9,064 nucleotides of DNA from a virus. Taxonomy: Duplodnaviria > Heunggongvirae > Uroviricota > Caudoviricetes. The notes beneath the pieces are model-generated. The model had not been told where the DNA came from, made no database searches, and was given only the letters and a program-made list of their open reading frames with translations. The stretch lies in the IMG/VR virus record IMGVR_UViG_2872180393_000009; one strand, 5' to 3'. Each line of letters starts with the position of its first letter. Position 1 is the first letter of the stretch. Made by a program: the position numbers and the translations under genes. Positions 1-6,831 of the stretch are shown in pieces.

Positions 1-303
1 TTAACGCGTATTTTTCAGCGACTCCTGTGCAAAATACGCTGTTGCTTTTTTTAATATATCTCGCTCAAGGCGAGCTTCATTTAACGCCTTACGCAGTTGC
101 AGAATTTCAGATTCCAGTTCAGCCACCGTGCGGGAACCAGGAGTACCGAGCCCTTTTCTGGCGGCGGTAACCCATTGTCCTAAAGTGTCTTCAGGAAGGG
201 ATAATCGGGAAGCGCCTTCACTGATCGAAAGTTGATTTTCAAGAACCGTTCTGACAGCTTCGGCTTTGAACTCTTTAGAGTAACGTTGGGTTTTTCTGCT
301 CAT
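1..303 (-). CDS. IS600 OrfA (IS3-family transposase N-terminal HTH protein)
   Basis: 100-aa ORF beginning MSRKTQRYSKEFKAEAV, which I recognise as IS600 OrfA. A good AGGAG Shine-Dalgarno lies upstream on the minus strand (reverse complement of 310-314). Confidence 0.9.
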   Translation of the reverse strand: MSRKTQRYSKEFKAEAVRTVLENQLSISEGASRLSLPEDTLGQWVTAARKGLGTPGSRTVAELESEILQLRKALNEARLERDILKKATAYFAQESLKNTR

Positions 304-367
304 TATTAGCTCCTTCTGATGCCATTCTATTTCAGGAAGGAGTGTCCGTTAAACTCAGGCTACCTCA
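1..367 (-). mobile_element. IS600 (IS3 family), partial copy in inverted orientation; left inverted repeat ends at 367, rest of element lies beyond the window start
   Basis: Positions 301-367 are the reverse complement of 6768-6834 (left end and orfA start of the complete copy) with one mismatch. The orfA product is identical to the 6832-7134 product except one residue (D vs G). Confidence 0.85.
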
Positions 368-600
368 ACGAAGTTGGCGTTCAGTTTGGCAGCGCGGCTG
401 AAATGGCTATTTTGCAGGAAATTATCAACGCCAGGTACGAAAGTATCTTGCCCACCATTCTGATCAGTAACCTCTCACCGGAAGAGTTGTGGGCGTTCAT
501 CAGTCCCCGAATTGCCGACAGGATCACAGACGGGGGACGCAACTGGTTGTCGTTTAACTGGCCCAGTTACCGTTCTCGTATCAGAGGTGTGGCTGCATGA
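368..600 (+). pseudogene. DnaC-like helicase loader, C-terminal remnant (about 77 codons) truncated at its 5' side by the IS600 end
   Basis: Translation NEVGVQ...LSFNWPSYRSRIRGVAA matches the C-terminus of E. coli DnaC (DEIGVQ...FNWDSYRSRVTGKEY, recalled from memory). The ORF is only open upstream because it runs into the IS inverted repeat. The stop overlaps the next gene's start (ATGA, 597-600). Confidence 0.75.
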
Positions 601-1826
601 CAACTCCAGTATGGCGTAACGATGACCTTGAAGGCGCTGTCATCGGCGCGTTCTTTCTGCGCGGAGCAGATCCTGAAGTGATGGATATTCTGGCCACACT
701 ACCGGCGGACGTTTTTTCTGTACGACCGTACCGGGATATCTACACAGGCATCTGCAGACAGGCCCGTGTGTCCGGCGTGATTGATCCTGTGCTGTTGTGC
801 AATGAGATGCCAGAACTTGCCCCGGTGATTACTGATACCGGGCGTAAAACCTGGGTGAAGTCATCTCTGGAACACTATGTTGCAGCACTGCGACGCAATG
901 CCGCACTGCGTGATGCAGAAAAAACACTGAACGAGGCATTACAGAAATTACGCGATGCGCATACCTGTGAAGCAGCTGAAGATGCTCTTAAGGATGCACA
1001 GAACATGATGGCCTCATTGTCGACGGAAAAGGGCGTTATTCAGTCGGTACATATTGATGATGTGCTTCCGGAGGTGGTTGAGCGTGTTGAATGCCGGAAT
1101 CAGGGACTGGAGAAATCCAGGACGTTGATGACCGGTATTGATGAACTGGACGCAAAAACAGGCGGCATGGAGCCCGGCGACCTGGTATTTATTGCGGCTC
1201 GTCCTTCGATGGGGAAAACCGAACTTGCGCTGGACATCATCGACAAGGTGACTGAGCAGGGGCATGGTGTGCTTCTGTTCACCATGGAGATGGCGAACAT
1301 CCAGATTGGTGAACGTATGGTGTCTGAGGCTGGAGGGATGCCAGTATCACGCCTGAAATCTGTGGCTCACTTTGAAGATGAAGACTGGGCGCGTTTCTCA
1401 CAAGGGGTGGGGCGGATGACCGGGCGCAATATCTGGATGGTGGACCAGGCGAACCTGACCATTGATGAGATATGCGCAACAACGAAACACCATCTGATTA
1501 AACATCCGGAAACGGCGCTGGTGGTGGTTGATTATCTCGGGCTGAAAAATTCCGGAGAAATAGAGGCGGATGCAGACATCATTCTGATGCTTTACAGGGA
1601 TGAAGTGTACAACCCGGATACACAGGCCACAGGCATAGCAGAAATTAATATCACGAAACAACGTAACGGTTCTCTGGGGACGATTTACCGGCGTTTTTAT
1701 AACGGACATTTTCTGCCTGTGGACCAGGAAAGCGCACAGGTTCTTTCCACCCCAATGCGGCAGCCCCAGCCGCGCAGATACAGCAATACACGTACCGACA
1801 GCAGTAAGATGGAGCGTTTCTTTTGA
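597..1826 (+). CDS. DnaB-family replicative helicase (prophage-encoded), apparently lacking the H3/H4 motif region
   Basis: 409-aa ORF with Walker A AARPSMGKT, Walker B-like VVVDYL and the conserved EDEDWAR, LYRDEVY and GIAEI..KQRNG blocks found in E. coli DnaB. About 50 residues between DYL and EIEADAD seem to be absent relative to DnaB. Confidence 0.85.
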   Translation: MTTPVWRNDDLEGAVIGAFFLRGADPEVMDILATLPADVFSVRPYRDIYTGICRQARVSGVIDPVLLCNEMPELAPVITDTGRKTWVKSSLEHYVAALRRNAALRDAEKTLNEALQKLRDAHTCEAAEDALKDAQNMMASLSTEKGVIQSVHIDDVLPEVVERVECRNQGLEKSRTLMTGIDELDAKTGGMEPGDLVFIAARPSMGKTELALDIIDKVTEQGHGVLLFTMEMANIQIGERMVSEAGGMPVSRLKSVAHFEDEDWARFSQGVGRMTGRNIWMVDQANLTIDEICATTKHHLIKHPETALVVVDYLGLKNSGEIEADADIILMLYRDEVYNPDTQATGIAEINITKQRNGSLGTIYRRFYNGHFLPVDQESAQVLSTPMRQPQPRRYSNTRTDSSKMERFF

Positions 1827-1837
1827 ACAACCAGACA

Positions 1838-2080
1838 ATGACTTTTACCCCTGAACAATTGCGTAAACACGCGCAGGAAATGTTGCGACAGGCGGAACAA
1901 CTGGAAAAAACAGGTGTAACAAAAGATGCCATTCGTCGGGATATGGTGCCAGCGCTCAGGGAACTGATGCAGGCGAAACATCGCGCACAAAAAGCGGTGG
2001 ATGAGCTCGTTGATTGTGTGGCAGAGCTGGAAACCAAAGTTGGAAAGTTTGAAAAAATGGTGCAGGAGGTGCTGCGCTGA
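1838..2080 (+). CDS. Hypothetical small phage protein (about 80 aa, charged, probably helical), nin-region position
   Basis: ORF MTFTPEQLRKHAQEMLRQAEQLEK..., tightly packed between the helicase stop (1824-1826) and the rusA start (TGATG overlap at 2078-2082). No clear Shine-Dalgarno; start could instead be TTG at 1823. No family recognised. Confidence 0.5.
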   Translation: MTFTPEQLRKHAQEMLRQAEQLEKTGVTKDAIRRDMVPALRELMQAKHRAQKAVDELVDCVAELETKVGKFEKMVQEVLR

Positions 2081-2451
2081 TGCGCCATGAGTTTATTTTA
2101 CCTTATCCGCCGACGGTGAATACTTACTGGCGACGTCGTGGCTGCACATATTTTGTATCAAAAGTTGGTGAGCGTTATCGCCGTGATGTGACGCTAATTG
2201 TTCGCCAGCAGCGGCTGAAATTAAACCTGTCCGGAAGGCTGGCGATAAAGATTATTGCAGAGCCACCGGATAAGCGCCGTCGTGACCTGGACAATATCCT
2301 GAAAGCACCACTGGATGCGCTGACGCATGCCGGACTACTCATAGACGACGAGCAGTTTGATGAAATCAATATTGTGCGCGGTCAGCTCGTTCTTGGTGGG
2401 CGACTGGGCGTGAAGATTTACGAAATCACAGGTGATAACGATGGCGCGTGA
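2080..2451 (+). CDS. rusA: RusA-family Holliday junction resolvase
   Basis: 123-aa ORF with [10 protein letters not shown], matching the RusA catalytic region (PDRRRRDLDN in E. coli RusA, from memory). Typical position between replication genes and Q in lambdoid phages. Confidence 0.9.
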   Translation: MRHEFILPYPPTVNTYWRRRGCTYFVSKVGERYRRDVTLIVRQQRLKLNLSGRLAIKIIAEPPDKRRRDLDNILKAPLDALTHAGLLIDDEQFDEINIVRGQLVLGGRLGVKIYEITGDNDGA

Positions 2452-2827
2452 TATTCAGCAGGTTATGGAACGGTGGGGGGCTTGGGCTGCAAACACTCAT
2501 GAAGATGTATCCTGGGCGTCGATCGCTGCTGGTTTTAAAGGGTTAATTCCGTCGAAAGTGAAATCACGCCCTCAGTGTTCTGATGATGATGCAATGATAA
2601 TTTGTGGCTGTATGGCCCGGTTGAACAAGAAAAATCAGGATTTGCACGATTTGCTGGTGGATTATTACGTAGGTGGAATGACTTTTATGAGTCTGGCACG
2701 GAAACATGGGTGTTCGGATACCTGTATTGGCAAGCGCCTGCAGAAAGCGGAAGGGGTTATTGATGGCATGTTGATGATGCTTGATATCAGGCTGGAGATG
2801 GACAGATACGTAGAACGAATTATGTAG
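2441..2827 (+). CDS. Q: Late-gene antiterminator Q (short QuuD/DLP12-type family)
   Basis: Translation [23 protein letters not shown]...[18 protein letters not shown]...[23 protein letters not shown] resembles my recollection of the ~127-aa DLP12 QuuD antiterminator. ATG at 2441 overlaps the rusA stop by 11 nt; the ORF track's GTG at 2432 is less likely. Confidence 0.8.
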   Translation: MARDIQQVMERWGAWAANTHEDVSWASIAAGFKGLIPSKVKSRPQCSDDDAMIICGCMARLNKKNQDLHDLLVDYYVGGMTFMSLARKHGCSDTCIGKRLQKAEGVIDGMLMMLDIRLEMDRYVERIM

Positions 2828-2831
2828 GTGC

Positions 2832-2861
2832 TTGACCAGACACATTGTCCGGGGCTATATT
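2832..2861 (+). promoter_or_regulatory. Candidate late promoter pR' (sigma70-like TTGACC-N17/18-CTATAT/TATATT)
   Basis: TTGACC at 2832-2837 and a TATAAT-like hexamer at 2855-2861, starting 5 nt after the Q stop codon, the canonical location of pR' in lambdoid phages. Confidence 0.4.
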
Positions 2862-2922
2862 CCTCACGCGCCAGCAAAATCTGGCGTCGGGATTGGAACC
2901 CCGGATAGAGACCGCGACAGAC

Positions 2923-2945
2923 ACACGCCGCGAGCGTGTTTTTTA
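2923..2945 (+). terminator. Candidate tR'-like intrinsic terminator
   Basis: 6-bp stem ACACGC/GCGTGT (2923-2928 / 2934-2939) with a 5-nt loop, followed by a T-run (2939-2945), about 60-80 nt downstream of the candidate pR'. Confidence 0.4.
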
Positions 2946-3307
2946 TTGTCGTATGCACGCGCACATCTGAATTATGGTGGGGCGCATGGGGGAGCTGAAA
3001 AGCTCGCCGGTCGGTTTCCCGGTAGTTCCAACCCTGTGCGTCTCACCACCCGATGATTGGAACCTGACGGTGTTGACAGTTTCAGGTTTGCAGTTTACAT
3101 TTCCCCGCGGTGCTCAAAACACCTCGAAAGCGGTATCCACACCCGATAGCCATGTGGTTTTTTTGTGTCCAGAATTCTTGGTTTATGACCGGGTGTGCGG
3201 CTAATACAATACCAGCAATGGAAATACGCCCGCCGACTTTCGACGGTTTTGAGCGCCCGGTCACCCTCTCAAAAGGGGTAAATCAAAATATTCGAAAGGA
3301 CATGTCT

Positions 3308-3871
3308 ATGAATCGCACGTCTATTGAAAAACTCCCGTCACTTACGCATAACCATCTTCCTGTCATGACAACAGAGCTGCTGGCTGATTTGTACGGAACA
3401 GAGCGCCAGCGTTTGACAAACAATTTCAATCGAAACAAAGAACGGTTTATAGAAGGTAAACATTTTTTCCTGATAGAAGGTGATGCGTTACGAGAGTTGA
3501 AGAACGAAAACTCTTTAAGAGTTTCTGTGAAAATTGCCCGTAACGTTCGCTCCCTCATCCTCTGGACAGAACGTGGCGCAGCCCGTCACGCCAAAATGCT
3601 CGAAACCGATCAGGCGTGGGAAGTGTTCGAAAAACTGGAAGACTGTTATTTCAACCAGAAACAGCCACCAGCGGCACAAAACACATCTATCGAAAATGAT
3701 GGATGCGCATTACTGAGCCACTTCGATAAACACGGTCAGGTTGAGTTCACGGAAAAGGTACCCGCCGATGCGATGGTATGTACTCTGGAACGGTTTAAAT
3801 TTTATCTGGAGCAACACGGGTGGATCGTTGCCCGTAAAGAGCAACTGGTGGAGCGGTTGATGCGGTTTTAA
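3308..3871 (+). CDS. ORF6N-domain (antirepressor-like DNA-binding) protein with an uncharacterised C-terminal half
   Basis: ATG at 3308 has AAGGA 7 nt upstream. The N-terminal segment PVMTTELLADLYGTERQRLTNNFNRNKERFIEGKHFF...WTERGAARHAKMLETDQAWEVF fits my recollection of the ORF6N domain consensus. The ORF track's upstream extension from 3110 has no RBS and non-protein-like composition. Confidence 0.6.
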   Translation: MNRTSIEKLPSLTHNHLPVMTTELLADLYGTERQRLTNNFNRNKERFIEGKHFFLIEGDALRELKNENSLRVSVKIARNVRSLILWTERGAARHAKMLETDQAWEVFEKLEDCYFNQKQPPAAQNTSIENDGCALLSHFDKHGQVEFTEKVPADAMVCTLERFKFYLEQHGWIVARKEQLVERLMRF

Positions 3872-3984
3872 AAATTTTTTCCGAAAACTTTACGATCGTA
3901 AAAAGTTGAATATCCTGTTAAGAGTGGTTACTACGCCACACAGAAACGGCACAGGACGTTAAACGTGCTGGTGGTCAGATGAGT

Positions 3985-4013
3985 TTGCAGATGTGATGAC
4001 ATATGGTTATTAT
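3985..4013 (+). promoter_or_regulatory. Candidate sigma70 promoter for the tRNA array (TTGCAG-N17-TATTAT)
   Basis: TTGCAG at 3985-3990 and TATTAT at 4008-4013 with a 17-nt spacer, about 10 nt upstream of the first tRNA 5' end. Confidence 0.35.
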
Positions 4014-4022
4014 TCTGCCTCC

Positions 4023-4099
4023 GGCCCTTTAGCTCAGTTGGTCAGAGCGAGCGACTCATAATCGCCAGGTCGCTGGTTCAAGTCCAGCAAGGGCCACCA
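4023..4099 (+). tRNA. tRNA with CAU anticodon, most likely tRNA-Ile2 (ileX/ileZ-like) rather than tRNA-Met
   Basis: Cloverleaf read by eye: acceptor GGCCCTT/AAGGGCC, D-arm AGCTCAGTTGG, anticodon loop CTCATAA, T-arm GGTTCAAGTCC, 3' CCA encoded. Close to E. coli ileX as I recall it, including C4-G69 and C5-G68. Confidence 0.85.
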
Positions 4100-4100
4100 A

Positions 4101-4177
4101 CCACCACTAGCTCATCCGGATAGAGCATCAACCTTCTAAGTTGACGGTGCGAGGTTCGAGTCCTCGGTGGTGGGCCA
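4101..4177 (+). tRNA. tRNA-Arg (anticodon UCU, decodes AGA)
   Basis: Acceptor CCACCAC/GTGGTGG (unusual C1-G72), D-arm TAGCTCATCCGGATAGAGC, anticodon loop CTTCTAA, T-arm GAGGTTCGAGTCCTC, encoded CCA. Starts 1 nt after the previous tRNA. Confidence 0.8.
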
Positions 4178-4179
4178 GC

Positions 4180-4255
<76 letters not shown>

Positions 4256-4258
4256 TAT

Positions 4259-4333
<75 letters not shown>

Positions 4334-4946
4334 GCGAGATTTGAGACGAAGGTTGTTATTTGCACTGACACAATATTGTGTGGGAATGTCTGACTCCTTA
4401 CCATCTCCTGTTCTGTGATGTTGTTTTGTTGCAGTTCCAGTGCTCTTTTTTCAGCACCAGAATGGTGCATTGTCGGTCAGGTTACGTAGTGAACCTCTGG
4501 CAGGGGACTGATGATTCATCATTCTGGTGTTGTAAATATCTCTTCGGACAACTTACAAAATATTCTAAGCAAACCCCGGGAACACACTCTTAACTGCCTT
4601 GGTTGGCGGTTTTTTGTACAGTGCTCGGTATGTGTGAGCTGGAAATCAGATTTTGCATGGACTGGAATCATGCTGTTATTTAGGGGCGAAGAACTGGCTT
4701 TTTCTTCCGCCTTCTCACCAGTAATGATTAGAAAAATAATGAAATGCCCCCTCCGGGGAGGAGGACCGTAGAAAAAAGGACCCGCCAGCAAAAACATTGG
4801 GGATGAACAGCTTTCGCTACTCAGATTGCTGGCGGGTAAAGTTCCTCATGAATTAAGAATGCTACGCGATCTTTTTTAATGGAAATGAAAATTATTGTCA
4901 ATTAGACGTGCGTGTTTTTTCATACAATATTGGTAAAGGTGATTCA

Positions 4947-4980
4947 GGCCATCAGAGTTTTGCTGATGGCCTTTTTTCTT
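4947..4980 (+). terminator. Strong rho-independent terminator upstream of the holin gene
   Basis: Perfect 9-bp stem GGCCATCAG/CTGATGGCC (4947-4955 / 4963-4971), 7-nt loop, followed by TTTTTTCTT (4972-4980). Confidence 0.6.
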
Positions 4981-5013
4981 TCCGATAGCACAGGTCTGTC
5001 GGGGGGGCGGGAT

Positions 5014-5229
5014 ATGTATCAGATGGAAAAAATATCAACAGGCATTGCCTACGGCACCTCCGCCGGCAGTGCCGGCTACTGGTTTTTGCAGTGGTTGGAT
5101 CAGGTCAGTCCGTCACAGTGGGCTGCGATTGGTGTGCTGGGAAGTCTGCTTCTGGGGCTTCTGACTTATCTGACGAATCTGTATTTCAAAATAAGAGAAG
5201 ATAAGCGTAAGGCTGCGAGAGGTGAATAA
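5014..5229 (+). CDS. S: Class II holin / pinholin, phage 21 S-like, with dual-start motif (Met1 at 5014, Met4 at 5023)
   Basis: 71-aa product [71 protein letters not shown] is near-identical to my recollection of phage 21 S. G-rich Shine-Dalgarno-like stretch upstream; stop overlaps the endolysin start (TAATG). Confidence 0.85.
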   Translation: MYQMEKISTGIAYGTSAGSAGYWFLQWLDQVSPSQWAAIGVLGSLLLGLLTYLTNLYFKIREDKRKAARGE

Positions 5230-5726
5230 TGTCGCCATCATTACGCAAGGCTGTTGCAGTTGCTATTGGTGGCGGGGCTGTTGCTATAGCATCTGTGTTA
5301 ATCACTGGCCCAGGTGGTAACGATGGTCTGGAAGGTGTCAGCTACATACCATACAAAGATATCATTGGTGTATGGACTGTATGTCACGGACACACCGGAA
5401 AAGACATCATGCCTGGTAAAACGTATACCGAAGCAGAATGCAAAGCTCTCCTGAATAAAGACCTTGCCACTGTCGCCAGACAAATTAACCCGTACATCAA
5501 AGTCGATATACCGGAAACAACGCGCGGCGCTCTTTACTCGTTCGTTTACAACGTGGGCGCTGGCAATTTCAGAACATCGACGCTTCTTCGCAAAATAAAC
5601 CAGGGCGATATCAAAGGCGCATGTGACCAGCTACGTCGCTGGACATATGCTGGCGGTAAGCAATGGAAAGGGCTGATGACCCGTCGTGAGATTGAGCGTG
5701 AAGTCTGTTTGTGGGGGCTGCAATGA
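5229..5726 (+). CDS. R: SAR (signal-anchor-release) endolysin, phage 21 R-like lysozyme
   Basis: 165-aa product with an N-terminal Gly/Ala-rich SAR helix ([20 protein letters not shown]) and a T4-lysozyme-like catalytic region ([22 protein letters not shown]). Near-identical to phage 21 R as recalled. Confidence 0.9.
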   Translation: MSPSLRKAVAVAIGGGAVAIASVLITGPGGNDGLEGVSYIPYKDIIGVWTVCHGHTGKDIMPGKTYTEAECKALLNKDLATVARQINPYIKVDIPETTRGALYSFVYNVGAGNFRTSTLLRKINQGDIKGACDQLRRWTYAGGKQWKGLMTRREIEREVCLWGLQ

Positions 5727-6187
5727 GCAGAGTCACCGCGATTATCTCCGCTCTGGTTATCTGCATCATCGTCTGCCTGTCATGGGCTGTTAATCATTAC
5801 CGTGATAACGCCATTACCTACAAAGAGCAGCGCGACAAAAACGCAAGAGAACTGAAGCTGGCGAACGCAACCATTACTGACATGCAGCAGAGACAGCGTG
5901 ATGTTAATGCACTCGATGCTAAATACACGAAGGAGTTAGCTGATGCGAAAGCTGAAAATGAAACTCTGCGCGCTGATGTTGCCGCTGGTCGTCGTCGGTT
6001 GCACATCAAAGCAGTCTGTCAGTCAGTGCGTGAAGCCACCACCGCCTCCGGCGTGGATAATGCAACCAGCCCCCGACTGGCAGACACCGCTGAACGGGAT
6101 TATTTCACCCTCAGAGAGCGGCTGATGACGATGCAGATGCAACTGGAAGGGGCACAGGAGTATATCCGCACTCAGTGCATTAAGTAG
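5723..6187 (+). CDS. Rz: Rz i-spanin (inner membrane spanin subunit)
   Basis: [34 protein letters not shown]... is highly similar to lambda Rz as recalled. ATG at 5723 overlaps the endolysin stop (ATGA). Confidence 0.9.
   Translation: MSRVTAIISALVICIIVCLSWAVNHYRDNAITYKEQRDKNARELKLANATITDMQQRQRDVNALDAKYTKELADAKAENETLRADVAAGRRRLHIKAVCQSVREATTASGVDNATSPRLADTAERDYFTLRERLMTMQMQLEGAQEYIRTQCIK
5943..6125 (+). CDS. Rz1: Rz1 o-spanin (outer membrane lipoprotein), embedded in the +1 frame of Rz
   Basis: 60-aa [45 protein letters not shown]... with lipobox VVGC and a proline-rich segment, similar to lambda Rz1 as recalled. Confidence 0.85.
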   Translation: MRKLKMKLCALMLPLVVVGCTSKQSVSQCVKPPPPPAWIMQPAPDWQTPLNGIISPSESG

Positions 6188-6229
6188 CCTTTTTATCGTG
6201 GTAAACATTTCGCAGGGTATGAGGTATTT

Positions 6230-6580
6230 ATGCCATCACTAATCCCACGTGCCTGCCGTAAGCGTGGATGTGCAGGTACAACCACAGACAGTTCGGGTTA
6301 CTGCGATAAACATCGCGGTGAAGGCTGGGTGCAGCACCAGCGCGGACTGAGCCGCCACCAGCGTGGCTATGGCTCAAAATGGACGGTGATTCGTGCCCGT
6401 ATTCTGAAGCGCGATAAAGGTCTGTGTCAGTTGTGTCTGCGTGTCGGTGTGGTGAGCGAGGCGAAAACCGTCGACCACATCATCCCGAAAGCGCATGGCG
6501 GAACAGACGCAGACAGCAACCTGCAGAGTCTGTGCTGGCCCTGCCATAAAGCGAAAACAGCGCGCGAACGAATCAGGTGA
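6230..6580 (+). CDS. HNH endonuclease (phage packaging-associated type)
   Basis: 116-aa ORF with Cys pairs (CRKRGC, CQLC, CWPC) and the HNH core DHIIPKAHGGTDADSNLQSLCWPCH. GAGG Shine-Dalgarno 5 nt upstream. Sits just before the putative cos/terS region as in HK97-like phages. Confidence 0.8.
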   Translation: MPSLIPRACRKRGCAGTTTDSSGYCDKHRGEGWVQHQRGLSRHQRGYGSKWTVIRARILKRDKGLCQLCLRVGVVSEAKTVDHIIPKAHGGTDADSNLQSLCWPCHKAKTARERIR

Positions 6581-6602
6581 TAATTATTCTCACTTGTAGG
6601 GA

Positions 6603-6651
6603 GGGGCGGGGCAAATCCCTGTGACCTGACGTCTTCCGGACTGCCCGCCCC
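6603..6651. repeat. GC-rich dyad GGGGCGGG ... CCCGCCCC with 33-nt spacer; candidate cos/packaging recognition element
   Basis: 8-bp perfect inverted repeat at 6603-6610 and 6644-6651, located between the HNH gene and the terS start. Assignment as cos is positional inference only. Confidence 0.3.
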
Positions 6652-6695
6652 GTCAAATTTTTACACCCGCGAAATTAAAAATTTCAGGATTTGAC

Positions 6696-6767
6696 ATGTC
6701 AGGAAAATCTGTTGCACCCGGAAGGGGAAGAAAGCCGAAGCCGACTACCCGTAAGGAGCTGGCAGGC
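6696..6767 (+). pseudogene. Terminase small subunit (P27-family-like) N-terminal 24 codons, truncated by the IS600 insertion
   Basis: ATG at 6696 encodes MSGKSVAPGRGRKPKPTTRKELAG, ending exactly at the IS600 left inverted repeat, whose first triplet TGA gives an immediate stop. The GRGRKPKPT motif is typical of P27-type TerS N-termini as recalled. Confidence 0.5.
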
Positions 6768-6831
6768 TGAGGTAGCCTGAGTTTAACGGACACTCCTTCC
6801 TGAAATAGAATGGCATCAGAAGAAGCTAATA

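Noticed and set aside
1014-2088. Minus-strand ORFs of 66-146 aa (1014-1265, 1100-1300, 1279-1482, 1398-1838, 1651-2088, 1697-1990)
   Set aside because: All are antisense shadows of the well-supported helicase and small-ORF genes, with low-complexity Ser/Cys/Arg-rich translations and no RBS.
3110-3307. N-terminal extension of the 253-aa ORF upstream of the ORF6N gene
   Set aside because: No RBS at 3110, and the translation is Trp/Cys/Pro-rich and non-protein-like. A proper AAGGA plus ATG occurs at 3308, where the recognisable domain begins.
2175-3558. Minus-strand ORFs 2175-2369, 2564-2845, 2665-2964, 3082-3264, 3283-3558 and plus-strand ORFs 2832-3056, 2974-3204, 3534-3716
   Set aside because: They overlap rusA, Q, the promoter/terminator leader or the ORF6N gene in other frames. 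No homology, no RBS, atypical composition.
4454-4468. Hairpin GCACCA-GAA-TGGTGC considered as a terminator
   Set aside because: The T-run lies upstream, not downstream, of the stem on the plus strand, and the minus strand has an A-run after it, so it does not fit an intrinsic terminator on either strand.
4912-5013. Upstream extension of the holin ORF (105-aa version)
   Set aside because: The extension reads straight through the terminator hairpin at 4947-4980. Holin homology starts at the ATG at 5014, preceded by a G-rich Shine-Dalgarno-like stretch.
4334-5013. Shiga toxin (stxA/stxB) or other toxin cargo genes expected at this position in Stx-type phages
   Set aside because: No ORF of suitable size or with signal-peptide-like N-terminus is present. 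Only the tRNAs and a non-coding stretch occupy the slot.
5298-6208. Minus-strand ORFs 5298-5483, 5818-6009, 6023-6208
   Set aside because: Antisense to the strongly supported endolysin and Rz/Rz1 genes; no independent support.
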